Shown here one piece after another: positions 9,605 through 19,826 of a DNA stretch of 64,000 nt. Both the position numbers and the translations under genes were made by a program. Each line of letters starts with the position of its first letter. Positions within the stretch are counted from its first letter, which is position 1. Origin of the DNA: Alphaproteobacteria bacterium (lineage in GTDB: Bacteria; Pseudomonadota; Alphaproteobacteria; JAAXGF01); NCBI GenBank assembly GCA_963555825.3, contig CAUVXB020000002.1, positions 864,001-928,000 of the forward strand, in the 5' to 3' direction. The notes beneath the pieces are model-generated. The model made no database searches and was not told the DNA's origin. It saw only the letters and a program-made list of their open reading frames with translations.

Positions 9605-10849
9605 TCATGCGGCGGCGCGATCCTGGCGTTCTCCATCTACGAATTTGACGCCGCGAATGATCTCGGCGAGATGGTTCGATCCATCGAGTTTTCTCCATTT
9701 TCTCTGAGCGCACTGGCATAGTTTGAAGACCATGGCCATCGCCGTCTTGCGCGACAGGCAGCCCTTGGTCCGGTAGGTGCGCAGACGAACCGTGGCGAAC
9801 GTGCTCTCGATGGGGTTGGTCGTGCGTACATGCTTCCAGTGCTCGGCGGGGAAGTCGTAGAACGTCAGCAGGACGTCGCGGTCCTTGGCCAGGCAGGCCG
9901 CGGCCTTGTCGTACTTCGGCCCGTAGGCTTCCAGGAAGAAGTCGAAGGCGCTCTCGGCATCCTTCCTGGTTTCGGCCATCCAGATGTCTTGCAGGCGCCC
10001 CTTGGCTTTCTTTTGCAGACCCTTGGGCAGCTTGTTCAAGACGTTGCCCGTCTTGTGAACCCAGCAGCGTTGCTCGCGGGCGCCTGGGTAGACTTGGCGG
10101 AGCGCCTTCCAGAAGCCGAGCGCGCCGTCGCCGAGCGCCAGTTGCGGACCCATTTCAAGGCCGCGCCGCTTGAGATCGAGCAGAACTTCGAGCCAGGACT
10201 GCTCACTTTCGCGATAGCCGTCGGCGATGGCGATCAGTTCCTTCTGTCCCTTGTCCGTGGCCCCGACGATCACCAGGATGCACTGCTTCTCTTCCTCCAT
10301 GCGGGCGCTGAAATAGATGCCGTCCACCCAGAAATAGACGTAGCGCTTGGCCGTGAGGTCGCGCCGTTGCCAGCGCTCCGCCTCAACCCCCCAGACCTCT
10401 TTCAGCCGGGTGATCGTGGAGGCCGAAAGCCCCGGCGCGGAGCTCCCCAGGAGCGCCGCCAAGGCTTCCCCGAAGTCGCCGGTGGAAATGCCCTTCAGAT
10501 ACAGCCATGGCAAAAGGTCTTCCAGGCTCTTGGCGCGGCGCAGATAGCGCGGCAGGATCGCCGACGTGAAGCGGATGGCGCCGTCCCCCCGGTCCCGCAC
10601 ACGGGGTTGGCGCACGCTCACCGGGCCGATCCCGGTCTGGATGAAGCGTTCCGGCAGATATCCATTGCGGACAACCCGGCGGCGGCCGGCGGCGTCAACA
10701 AGCGCCGCATGGCTACCCAAAAACACGGAGACCTCGGCCTCAACGGCTTGGGCCAACAACTCGCGAGCTCCAGCTTGTAGGACTTCCGTCAACGGATCTT
10801 TCTGAAAATCAGATGGGTTTTGAAAAGCAACAACGGTATTCTCTTTCAT
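9605..10849 (-). CDS. IS256-family transposase, 414 aa
   Basis: RNGY, YLKGIST, WVDGIY, GDGALGF, QRCWVHK, RTTNPIES. Confidence 0.95.
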   Translation of the reverse strand: MKENTVVAFQNPSDFQKDPLTEVLQAGARELLAQAVEAEVSVFLGSHAALVDAAGRRRVVRNGYLPERFIQTGIGPVSVRQPRVRDRGDGAIRFTSAILPRYLRRAKSLEDLLPWLYLKGISTGDFGEALAALLGSSAPGLSASTITRLKEVWGVEAERWQRRDLTAKRYVYFWVDGIYFSARMEEEKQCILVIVGATDKGQKELIAIADGYRESEQSWLEVLLDLKRRGLEMGPQLALGDGALGFWKALRQVYPGAREQRCWVHKTGNVLNKLPKGLQKKAKGRLQDIWMAETRKDAESAFDFFLEAYGPKYDKAAACLAKDRDVLLTFYDFPAEHWKHVRTTNPIESTFATVRLRTYRTKGCLSRKTAMAMVFKLCQCAQRKWRKLDGSNHLAEIIRGVKFVDGERQDRAAA

Positions 10850-10871
10850 GGCGTATCCTTCCTTGGCTTAG

Positions 10872-12341
10872 CAGCCCGTTGAAAAAGGCGTCATTGACCG
10901 GGTTTCACGCCACGGCGAAGCATATCGCGGCGAAGGCGGTTTCGCCATCCTCCGAGACGATGAGGACGATCTGAACGACCAGGACGGCTCCAGCGGGCGT
11001 AACAAGCACGAACAAGGCGCCAATTCCGCCCGCCACGGCCTCCTTCGGGGTGCCGGCGCCGATGAGTTGGCGCATCAGCAACGATAGGTTGTGGCCGGCG
11101 ACGTGAAGCAGGTATCGCTTGTGCACGTTCTCGCGGCCCCGAAGCCAGGTCCGGCGCATACCGCCGCGATCGAGGTTGTGGGCAAAGGAGCGCTCGACGA
11201 TCTCGGCGCGCAGCTTGAAGGCTTCCCTGGCCACCCCCGATAACAGCCGGGTCCGGTTGTTGGTGACCGCCCGGCGAGCCGCATCATCTCCGTGCCAGCG
11301 CGCAAAACCCTTCTGCTTGGGCTCGGAGATCCGGCTCTTCCAGGGGCCGTCGTCGAGCGCCTTCAAGACCAACCGTGAGTGGTAGCCCTTATCGGTCACA
11401 CATTCGGCCGGATCTTCGGCCGTCGGCGCCACATCCACCGCCTCGAGGTTTGCCTCGGCCGCCGCCAGGGTCTTGGGAAGCGTTGTCGTATCGCCCTCGT
11501 CGGCCGGGTGCAGCTCCGCCGCCACCACCGCGCCGGTGTCCAGATCCACCGCGTGCTCGGGCTTGTAGGCCAGGTGCGTGGTGCCGTCCTTCATCTTGGC
11601 GATCTTGGCCTCGGGGTCGCTCCTGGAAACCCAGTCCTGGTTCGAGAGCTTCTTGCCCTTGCGCTTGCGGTCCAGACGCGCCAGGTCCTCAGCCGTGGGT
11701 GTCTCGATACCGCTCTCCTGGGCCAAGCGCTCCAGCATCCCCCGGTAACCCTCGCCCGTGTCCCTCCGCACGATGTTGCGCAGCGCCGCGTTGGCCTCCA
11801 TGGTCGAGGCATCCACCCCGATGCGCTCGCCCTTCACCAGACCCGCCTCGGCGATCAGCGCCAGGACCCAGTCAAACACCGCCGTGTGGACTTCATGGGG
11901 CAGGCGCGCGCGGGTCCGTGACAGCCAGGAATGGTCCGGCACCCGTCCCCGCCTCTCCAACAGCAGGAACTCCCGTAGCGACAGGGAATCCGAGCACCGC
12001 CACTCCAGCCCACGCTCAGAGTCGATACCCTCGAAGTAGCCCACCAGGTGCATACGGAAGTAGCGCCCGGGTGGCACCGAAGGCGCCCCCATCCTGGCCG
12101 CGTAATAGGGCTGGCAGACCGCCTCGGCGAAGCCGTCGAAGCCGCCCTCGATCAGTACCAACTGCAGGCGGTCGTAAAATACATGACCTGGCGAGCGCGG
12201 CATCTCCGACCAGCTCACCATCAAGTCCCCCTGACGATCCTTCTGCTGTCCCATCGCCATCAGCGAACCCCCCTTCAGGCCAGGACACCAGAGAATCAGA
12301 CCATGCCGACTTCGTCCAGGGAAGACTTCGTCAACGGGCTG
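10872..12341 (-). mobile_element. IS1182/IS5-related element inserted in the IS256 leader
   Basis: IRs CAGCCCGTTGA / TCAACGGGCTG, 4-bp TSD TTAG (10868-10871, 12342-12345). Confidence 0.9.
10905..12260 (-). CDS. IS1182-like DDE transposase (DUF772-type N-terminus), 451 aa
   Basis: G.PS.PP, SER.LE, PDHS.LSR.R, VDAS..EANA, TDKGYH, R...VERSF motifs. Confidence 0.85.
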   Translation of the reverse strand: MAMGQQKDRQGDLMVSWSEMPRSPGHVFYDRLQLVLIEGGFDGFAEAVCQPYYAARMGAPSVPPGRYFRMHLVGYFEGIDSERGLEWRCSDSLSLREFLLLERRGRVPDHSWLSRTRARLPHEVHTAVFDWVLALIAEAGLVKGERIGVDASTMEANAALRNIVRRDTGEGYRGMLERLAQESGIETPTAEDLARLDRKRKGKKLSNQDWVSRSDPEAKIAKMKDGTTHLAYKPEHAVDLDTGAVVAAELHPADEGDTTTLPKTLAAAEANLEAVDVAPTAEDPAECVTDKGYHSRLVLKALDDGPWKSRISEPKQKGFARWHGDDAARRAVTNNRTRLLSGVAREAFKLRAEIVERSFAHNLDRGGMRRTWLRGRENVHKRYLLHVAGHNLSLLMRQLIGAGTPKEAVAGGIGALFVLVTPAGAVLVVQIVLIVSEDGETAFAAICFAVA

Positions 12342-12499
12342 TTAGCTCAAGTGGTGACATCAACAATCACCAGGATACGCCGCCTTCATTTCAACGCCGT
12401 ACACAAGATTCGGTTATAGCTCCGATCCGGCTGCGGCGGACCAAAATGGGACCGCGTATAGCCTTCTGTCAGGGTTGCTCTGACTGGAAGGCGGGGGGG

Positions 12500-13999
12500 A
12501 TGTATCGGGTGGAGTTGTACGCACGGGTTCGGCGGGCGTGTCATGTCGAGGGGATGAGCACCCGCGAGGCCTCGCGGGTGTTTGGTGTAGACCGCAAGAC
12601 GGTCCGTAAGATGCTGTCGTTCTCGGTGCCGCCAGGGTATCGCCGAAGCGCGCCGCCGAGGCGGCCAAAGCTGGGTCCGTTCACGGGAATCATCGATCGG
12701 ATCTTGGAAGACGATCGGACCAGCCACCGCAAGCAACGGCACACTGCGAAGCGCATCTTCGACCGCCTCCGGGACGAGTACGGTTTCACGGGCGGCTACA
12801 CCATCGTGAAGGACTACGTTCGTGAGCAGGGGCTTCGGTCGCGTGAGGTGTTCGTGCCACTCTCCCATTCCCCCGGTCACGCCCAGGCGGACTTCGGCGA
12901 AGCGATGGCGGTGATCGGCGGCGCGTTACGGAAGATCCACTTCCTTGCCTTCGACCTTCCCCACAGTGATGGTTGCTTTGTTGCGGCCTATCCGGCGGAG
13001 ACGACCGAAGCATTCTGCGATGGCCACAACGCGGCGTTTGCCTTCTTCGGCGGCGTCCCCCGATCCATCCTGTACGACAACACCAAGCTGGCGGTTGCCC
13101 GGATCCTGGGCGATGGGAAGCGGCAGCGAACGCGCGTCTTCACGGAGCTTCAGTCCCACTATCTGTTCGAGGACAGGTTCGGCCGGCCGGGCAAGGGCAA
13201 CGACAAGGGCAAGGTCGAGGGACTGGTCGGCTTCATCCGGCGGAACTTCCTGGTCCCCGTCCCGCGTGCCGAGAGCTTCGCGGCCCTCAACGATGCTCTC
13301 GCCGAACAGTGCCGCCGGCGCCAGGCGGCGCGGCTGCGGGGCCACAAGGAGACCATCGGCGAGCGTCTCGAGCGGGATCGTCAAGTTCTCTTGCCATTGC
13401 CGCCTGCTCCCTATGATGCCTGCGATAAGCGCCCTGGACGGGCGAGTTCGCTGTCGCTGGTGCGTTACCGCAGCAACGACTATTCCGTGCCCGTGGCCTA
13501 CGGCCACCGTGAGGTGCTCATCCGGGGCTACGTCGATGAGGTGGTGATCAGCTGCGGGGCCGAGGTGATCGCCCGGCACCGCCGGTCCTACGACAGCGAG
13601 GACCTGATCTTCGACCCGCTGCATTACCTGCCCTTGATCGAGCAGAAGATCGGCGCCCTCGACCAGGCCGCGCCATTGGCGGGCTGGGACCTGCCCGAGG
13701 CCTTCATCACTCTGCGGCGGCTCCTCGAAGCTCGTATGGGCAAGGCAGGCAAGCGCGAGTACGTCCAGGTGCTCCGTCTACTGGAGACCTTCCGGCTCGA
13801 GGAGGTCGAGGGTGCGGTCGGCGACGCCCTGCGGCTCGGCGCAATCGGCTTTGATGCGGTGAAGCACCTGGTACTGTGCCGCATCGAGCGGCGGCCGCCC
13901 AGGCTCAACCTCGACGTCTATCCGTATCTGCCGCGCGCCCGGGTCGCGATGACGTCCGCCAAGTCGTACATGAGCCTGCTGTCGGGGCTCGGCGCATGA
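12500..13999 (+). CDS. istA: IS21 transposase IstA
   Basis: HTH N-terminus, AQADFG, FGGVP..ILYDN, KGKVEG. Confidence 0.93.
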   Translation: MYRVELYARVRRACHVEGMSTREASRVFGVDRKTVRKMLSFSVPPGYRRSAPPRRPKLGPFTGIIDRILEDDRTSHRKQRHTAKRIFDRLRDEYGFTGGYTIVKDYVREQGLRSREVFVPLSHSPGHAQADFGEAMAVIGGALRKIHFLAFDLPHSDGCFVAAYPAETTEAFCDGHNAAFAFFGGVPRSILYDNTKLAVARILGDGKRQRTRVFTELQSHYLFEDRFGRPGKGNDKGKVEGLVGFIRRNFLVPVPRAESFAALNDALAEQCRRRQAARLRGHKETIGERLERDRQVLLPLPPAPYDACDKRPGRASSLSLVRYRSNDYSVPVAYGHREVLIRGYVDEVVISCGAEVIARHRRSYDSEDLIFDPLHYLPLIEQKIGALDQAAPLAGWDLPEAFITLRRLLEARMGKAGKREYVQVLRLLETFRLEEVEGAVGDALRLGAIGFDAVKHLVLCRIERRPPRLNLDVYPYLPRARVAMTSAKSYMSLLSGLGA

Positions 14000-14760
14000 C
14001 CGACACACCGCAAGTGCTGCTCGTCCACCACCTCAAGACGCTGAAGCTGCCGACCTTCCTGCGCGAGTACGACAAGATCGCCCGGCAGTGCGCCTCGGAA
14101 GGCGTCGATCACGTCCGCTACCTGTTGAGACTCGCCGAGCTCGAGCTGATCGACCGCGAGCGCCGCATGGTCGAGCGGCGCATCAAGGCGGCGCGCTTCC
14201 CCGTGGTCAAGAGCCTCGACAGCTTCGACTTCAAGGTCATCCCCTCGCTCAACAAGGCGCTGGTCCTGGAGCTGGCCCGCTGCGAGTACATCGAGCGCCG
14301 CGAGAACCTCATCGCGCTCGGCAACAGTGGGACCGGCAAGACCCACATCGCCCTCGGTCTCGGCCTGGCGGCCTGCCAGAAGGGCCTCTCGGTCGGCTTC
14401 ATCACCGCCGCCGCGCTGGTCCACGAACTCATCGAGGCCCGCGATGACAAGCAGCTGCTGAGGTTCCAGAAGAAGCTCGCCACCTACAAGCTTCTGATCG
14501 TCGACGAACTCGGCTTCGTGCCGCTGTCGAAGACCGGCGCCGAGCTGTTGTTCGAGGTGTTCAGCCAACGCTACGAGCGGGGCTCGACCCTGGTCACCAC
14601 CAATCTGCCCTTCGACGAATGGACCGAGGTGTTCGGCTCCGAGCGCCTCACCGGCGCGCTCCTCGATCGCCTCACCCACCACGTCAACATCCTCGAGATG
14701 AACGGTGACAGCTACAGGCTCAACCAGAGCCGCAGGCGTCAAACCCCGACTGCTAACTGA
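13996..14760 (+). CDS. istB: IS21 helper ATPase IstB
   Basis: ATGA overlap with istA, GNSGTGKTH, LIVDELG, LLDRLTHH. Confidence 0.95.
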   Translation: MTDTPQVLLVHHLKTLKLPTFLREYDKIARQCASEGVDHVRYLLRLAELELIDRERRMVERRIKAARFPVVKSLDSFDFKVIPSLNKALVLELARCEYIERRENLIALGNSGTGKTHIALGLGLAACQKGLSVGFITAAALVHELIEARDDKQLLRFQKKLATYKLLIVDELGFVPLSKTGAELLFEVFSQRYERGSTLVTTNLPFDEWTEVFGSERLTGALLDRLTHHVNILEMNGDSYRLNQSRRRQTPTAN

Positions 14761-14973
14761 ACCGACCACCCAGCCCACGCTTGACCCCGTGGGCCCACAG
14801 GTCCCTCCCGCGCGCGCCGCCGCGTCAGCCTGTTGAGGGCACGCCGCGTCGCGCGCGGGGCCCTCCCGTGGACTACGGGGACAAGCCCGCAGCCGCCAAG
14901 CGGTCCCTTCTTACACCGCCGAGGTGGTCCCTTTTTGCTCCGCCATTGACAGGCCACCATGAGGCCCTCTAAA

Positions 14974-15958
14974 CCCGCATTCCCCAAGTGACCGATCCAT
15001 CTGATGCGGTTTCCGTCTGATTCCTGTATAAGAATCAGTGGATTAGATCAGACGGAGGGTGGGTCGAATGCGGAACCTGGAGGGTGAGTCGGATCGGGGG
15101 CTTCTGCGGGCGTTTTTCGACCGAAGACTGAAGTTCGAGTTCCACGGTTCGCGGATCACGTCAGACGCTGGTCTGCTCGCCTATCGTGAACTGGACGAAG
15201 CCCTCGGCCTGACCACGCTGGCCGGTGACGTTATTGCTGACAGCCGGACCGGCAAGAACGGTTGGCACGGCATCATCGGTCTCCTTCGCCAATCCGTCTA
15301 TGGTCGTCTCGCCGGGTACGAGGACGTGAACGACGCCGACCGGCTGGGGCGCGATCCTGCGATGCGGTGGATCGTCGGCGGCAGGGCTGTCGAGCGCGGC
15401 GGCGCATCGACCAGCCAGATGGGCCGGTTCGAGACGGAGTTACTCGCCACCAATGACAACCTCGCCGCGCTCGCTGACCTTTTGGGCATCTGGATCGACC
15501 AGGTTAACGAGCGCAAGCCGCCGAAGATTATCGTGCTCGACATGGACAGCTCCGTCAGCCCGACCTACGGTGACCAGGAGGGCACGGCCTACAACGGTCA
15601 CTTCGGCTGCACGTGCTATCACCCGCTGTTCGTGTTCAACCAGTTCGGCGATCTGGAGCGTTGCGCCCTGCGTCCGGGCAACGTGCACAGCGCCCATGAA
15701 TGGCGCGATGTGTTGGACCCGGTGGTCGCTCGATACCGGAACAAGACACTCCGGCGTTATTTCCGTGGTGACGCCGCCTTCGCCTCGCCCGAGGTTTATG
15801 AGTTTCTGGAAGCGGAAGGCTTCAAGTACGCCATCCGGCTTCCGGCCAACAAGGTGCTGCACGACAGCATCGCGCACCTGCTCAAGCGCCCCGTCGGTCG
15901 GCCGCCGAAGGAAGTTCGTCGGTATTACGCGAACTTCAGCTATCGGGCCGGTAGCTGC
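14974..15958 (+). mobile_element. IS1380-family element, 5' part (transposase 3'-truncated)
   Basis: Left end CCCGCATTCCCCAAGTG, ITSDAGLL, GYEDVNDAD, LDMDSS, RGDAAF. Homology ends after FSYRAGS. Confidence 0.85.
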
Positions 15959-16378
15959 GCCGCGCCAGGTCTTGCGGCACTGCCTTGGGCGACATTGGGC
16001 GGCGGCGTTGAATGATATTGGCGTGCGACACTGGTGATGTTCGGCAGCTGTGCCGGACCCGGGCCGCGCAGTGCGGAACCGGTGCCGGGCAGTGAGGCGC
16101 CGGGGCCGTAAACGGGCCGCGAAGGAGACCGTTGACGGGTTTCGGGCGTGGCTGTTTCTCAGACACGTCGAGACTTATCTGGCGGCGTGGCGGGTGCACT
16201 CCGTCCTGCCCGCTCTCGAGCCGGTCTTCGAGCCCGGTCCCTTCCCGATCCGCATCCAGACGGCGGCGGATCTGGAGGCCGCCCGGTTCGATCTTCTGGC
16301 GTGGGCGGACCCCGACGCGGACGGACCGGCGTCGCCCTTCTGGGTTCAATCGAAGATGGCGGAAGGCGTGCTTGAGCC

Positions 16379-18032
16379 GGGTGTGGGTCTGGTATGGAAA
16401 ATCTAAGTCATTGATTTAGTGCGTTTTTTGTGTCGAGACGAACGGCCGAAATCGGCTATTCGTGACAATGGGCCGCTCCAAGGCAGGATTTTGTTACGAC
16501 GGCAGGGTCGAGCAGGGGAAGGTGGGAACGCTCCGCACCGCCAGAAGCGGTACGATGCCGTGTCTCGAAACCCAACATCGGGAGCATTCCCATGGCAGTA
16601 TCCCCGCCTCCGGCGCCTTCGTCCATCGATCTTTCCGGCCTGCCTCCTCGGGTCGTCGAGGCGGCCGCCCGGGTGCTCGCACTGTGTCGCGAGGAGCTTC
16701 GTTCCGAGCCGCGCCCCGAGGCGCCCGAGGAGGTCGAGTTGCGGGTGCGTGAGGCCACGAACGAGTTCGCTCGCGATGTCATGGGCGCCGTCATCGAGAA
16801 CCGGGACGATGGCGCTTCCCGGATCGAGCGGGACGGGCAGAGCTGGTTCCGGGTCGCGGTGACGCCGAAGACGATCATGACCTCGCTCGGTCCGGTGACC
16901 TACCGGCGAGCGCGTTACCGCAGCGGCGCGAGCGGGGCATCGCCGGTGCCGGTCGACGAGAGCCTGGGCCTCGTCGACGATTACCTGACGCGGCCGGCGG
17001 CCGAGCTCGGTCTGCTGATGATGGGTCACTGCACGGCCCGGGAAGCGGCGGCGTTCTTTGCGAAGACCGGCGCCATGACGCCGTCGGTGAGCACCCTGCA
17101 GCGCCTGACCCTGAGCATGCACGAATGCTGGGAGAGCCTCGGCCCGGAGACGCTGGGCAGCATCCGTGAGGCCGAGGGCATACCGCAGGACGCGACCACC
17201 GCCTCGGTCTCCCTCGACGGCGTCATGGTGCCGCTGAGACCCGGCGAGGACGGTCGCGCCAAGGCCTCCTGGCGCGAGGCTGCCTGCGGCACGGTCTCCT
17301 TCCACGACGCCGAGGGCAAGCGCCTGAAGACCCTCTATCTCGGCCGCATGCCGGAGAGCGGCAAGCTCACGCTGAAGGCGCAGCTTGCAAGCGAAGTCGC
17401 ACACATCAGGCGAGCACGCCCCGAGATCGGGATCGTCGCTATCGCCGATGGCGCCGCCGACAACTGGACCTTCCTGGAGACCCTGTCGCCCGAAACCGAG
17501 GTGATCGACTTCTGGCATGCTTGCGAACATCTGCAAACCGCGTCCGACCATGCCGTGGCGCCCGGCTGGTTCGAGAAGTACCGCGAGATCCTCCGTCACG
17601 ATCCCCGTGGCGTCGCCAAGGTGATCCGGGCGCTGCGCCACCTTCGCGATGCCGCCGCTGCGCCGGACCGGGCCGAGACCGAGCGGGAACTCGCCTTCTT
17701 CCGCAAGCATCGCCATCGCATGCGCTACCACGCCCTGAAGGAAGAGGGCATCGCCATCGGCTCAGGCGTGGTCGAAGCTGCCAACAAGACCCTGGTGACA
17801 CAGCGCATGAAGCGCTCCGGCATGCGCTGGCGGATCGTCGGCGGACAGGCTGTTCTGACCTTCCGCGCCCTGATCAAATCCGGCCGCTTCGAGCGGGCAT
17901 GGAAGGCCCTGATCAGCGCAACCGACACACCGGCCAACGACAACATCAGTCCACGTGCAGCAGCCATGGCAATCGCTGCCTGAACTCAACGAACCAAGCC
18001 GCAGACATCACTGCCATGCGAGACTCGCACCC
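16379..18032 (+). mobile_element. ISKra4/ISLre2-like insertion sequence, copy 2
   Basis: Same IRs as copy 1, 8-bp TSD CTTGAGCC (16371-16378, 18033-18040). Confidence 0.93.
16592..17983 (+). CDS. ISKra4/ISLre2-family transposase, identical protein to 54..1445
   Basis: Identical 463-aa translation. Confidence 0.9.
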   Translation: MAVSPPPAPSSIDLSGLPPRVVEAAARVLALCREELRSEPRPEAPEEVELRVREATNEFARDVMGAVIENRDDGASRIERDGQSWFRVAVTPKTIMTSLGPVTYRRARYRSGASGASPVPVDESLGLVDDYLTRPAAELGLLMMGHCTAREAAAFFAKTGAMTPSVSTLQRLTLSMHECWESLGPETLGSIREAEGIPQDATTASVSLDGVMVPLRPGEDGRAKASWREAACGTVSFHDAEGKRLKTLYLGRMPESGKLTLKAQLASEVAHIRRARPEIGIVAIADGAADNWTFLETLSPETEVIDFWHACEHLQTASDHAVAPGWFEKYREILRHDPRGVAKVIRALRHLRDAAAAPDRAETERELAFFRKHRHRMRYHALKEEGIAIGSGVVEAANKTLVTQRMKRSGMRWRIVGGQAVLTFRALIKSGRFERAWKALISATDTPANDNISPRAAAMAIAA

Positions 18033-18522
18033 CTTGAGCCGGACGCGGAGCCCCTGGTTGCAGAGGTTGCGGCCGACGGGGGCGCGGTCGAGGGGCTGCG
18101 CCTGGCCGGCGGCGACCTGGTGCTCAAGATCGAGTGGGTCGGCGCGGTCGTGCAGATCCGGATCCGGGGCTCCGCGCCGTTCCCCGAGGACGGCGGGATC
18201 GACATTCGTCACCGCTTCGCGCTGCGGATGCCGCCGACGATGGGACGAATGGTCGACTTCTGGAGCGTGGCGGGCCTGCCGGCCCCTCGGTTGGGGCGGG
18301 GTCGGGGGGCGAGGATCGGGCTCTTGTGAAGGCGCTGGACGGACTGCGGGCCGGTAAGACGCCGCGCCAGATTGCCGTGGACATCTACGGGGCGGACGAG
18401 GTGGCCGCCGAGTGGTACAGCGACGGCGGGATGCGCTCGCAGGTCAGGCGGTGGATCGACAAGGCCAGCGCCCTGGCGGACGGCGGCTGGCGCGACCTGG
18501 TGCCGCGCCATGGGCCCGTCGG

Positions 18523-18783
18523 GTGACCGCGTTCGGGAGGCGTGCCGGCCTTTCGGACGGGTCGGGAACGGGGGGCGAAGATTGGGAGGACTGCAAGTTC
18601 GTGAAGGAGCTGGACGGGCAGCGGGAGGACAAGGCGGCCCGCGAGGTCGCCGAGGTCATCTTCGGGCCGGCGGTCGAGGCCGAGTGGCGCTGCGACGGCG
18701 GGATGCGCTCGCAGGTCAGGCGGCAGATCGCCACGGCGCGCGCCCGCAACGGCGGCGGCCGGCGCGATCTCGTGACCCCGTAA
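18523..18783 (+). CDS. Small DUF2285-only protein (QseM-like), 86 aa
   Basis: GTG start overlapping the upstream TGA (GTGA). ELDG....AREVA..IFG..VEAEW..DGGMRSQVRRQI is paralogous to the upstream DUF2285. Confidence 0.5.
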   Translation: MTAFGRRAGLSDGSGTGGEDWEDCKFVKELDGQREDKAAREVAEVIFGPAVEAEWRCDGGMRSQVRRQIATARARNGGGRRDLVTP

Positions 18784-19050
18784 CGGGGCGGAGGATTGAT
18801 CGGGTGATGGCGACATCGGCGGGACACGCAAGGGGTTGTGCCGGAGAAGCGGGGTGGAGGCTTTCCCGGGGCGCGGCCCCGGAGCGAAAAATTCCGCTGC
18901 CGGACGGCCCGCAAACGCCGCGCTCCGGAGCCTCCCGGCGCGGAATTCCGCAGTTGCCGGAATCGCGGCTCGGTAACGATCCCTCTTACCCGGACGGACA
19001 ATGGAGGACCGGCAGCCTCGGACGTTGGAATGAATCCGACGACTATATGA

Positions 19051-19826
19051 TTACGGATTGTAAGGGGCGAAGTTTACGGGATGCTGAAGCAGAGACAAAG
19101 ACAAGTTAAACCAATGGTTTACGACTTCTTTGGCCGCAAGAAAGTCGAGCCTCGATGCACAACTGTGTCTCAAGTCGTGAATCCGCACGTCGTCGAGGTC
19201 GGCGCGCGCCCGAATGCGTCGCCAGGGATGTTGCAGGTCGGTAAGATGACTTTCCGGTTTACGTCCCGCGATCACCCAGGGGTTGCCATCTCGCCTGTCG
19301 ATGCGCTCAAGAACTGCGATCGCCGGATCGCCGAGATACACCACCTTGGCGCCCGTCTTGGTATCGGGCAGGCGCAACTCACCCGCCTCCAGATCGACAT
19401 GCTGCCAGCGCAGCTTCTGTATCTCTGATAGACGGCACCCGGTCAGCATCAGCAACCGAACCGCGGCGATGGCTGAGGCCGTCTCCGTACCGTCCACCTC
19501 GATCTCTTTCAGGGCTGCGCCCAGACGTTGATACTCGATATCCGATAGAAACCGCTCGCGCTTCTCCTCCCGGAATCGCTTTACATGCCGGCACGGGTTC
19601 GAGCCGTCGGGGCGGAGATCCCACAGCTCCGCCAGATTGAACATCTTGGATAAAACCCCGAGCATACGGTTGGCCTGATAGGGCGTGTCGCGCATATCGT
19701 GATGGAGCGCCGCGATATCGCTCCTCTGAATATCGGGCACCCGGTACCTGCCGATCCGGGGATCGATGAACAGCTTGACTGAGCGGCGGTATTCCTCGGC
19801 CGTGCTCGGCTTGCAATGGGTGGAGA
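19051..19826 (-). pseudogene. Tyrosine recombinase/integrase fragment
   Basis: LMLTGCRLSEI, PDTKTG, RIHDLRHS. N-terminus replaced by IS1380, and the region with the catalytic Tyr is missing. Confidence 0.85.

Larger units (their letters stand above)
9574..12422 (-). mobile_element. IS256-family element inserted in the IS21 left end
   Basis: IRs GAGCTAT..TTGTGTA, 9-bp TSD CGATCCGGC (9565-9573, 12423-12431). Confidence 0.93.
9524..14951 (+). mobile_element. IS21-family element carrying nested IS256 and IS1182
   Basis: TGAGAACGGC...GCCATTGACA ends, 6-bp TSD GGCCAC (9518-9523, 14952-14957), istA-istB. Confidence 0.93.
16050..18526 (+). pseudogene. FseA-like ICE transcriptional activator (DUF6499 + DUF2285), interrupted by an ISKra4-like element and a frameshift
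   Basis: AWLFLRH..Y..AW (DUF6499-like) before the IS. Frame continues after the TSD. C-terminal ALDG..G..PRQIA..IYG...V..EW....MRSQVRR.I.....L..GGWR.L (DUF2285-like) lies in the -1 frame. Confidence 0.7.

Noticed and set aside
11375-12499. 874-aa extended IstA
   Set aside because: The extension is the antisense frame of IS1182 and IS ends. The real start is ATG 12500, matching ATG 29141 in copy 2.
5-18032. Composite transposon formed by the two inverted ISKra4-like copies
   Set aside because: Each copy has its own different TSD (CACCAGAC versus CTTGAGCC), so they are independent insertions
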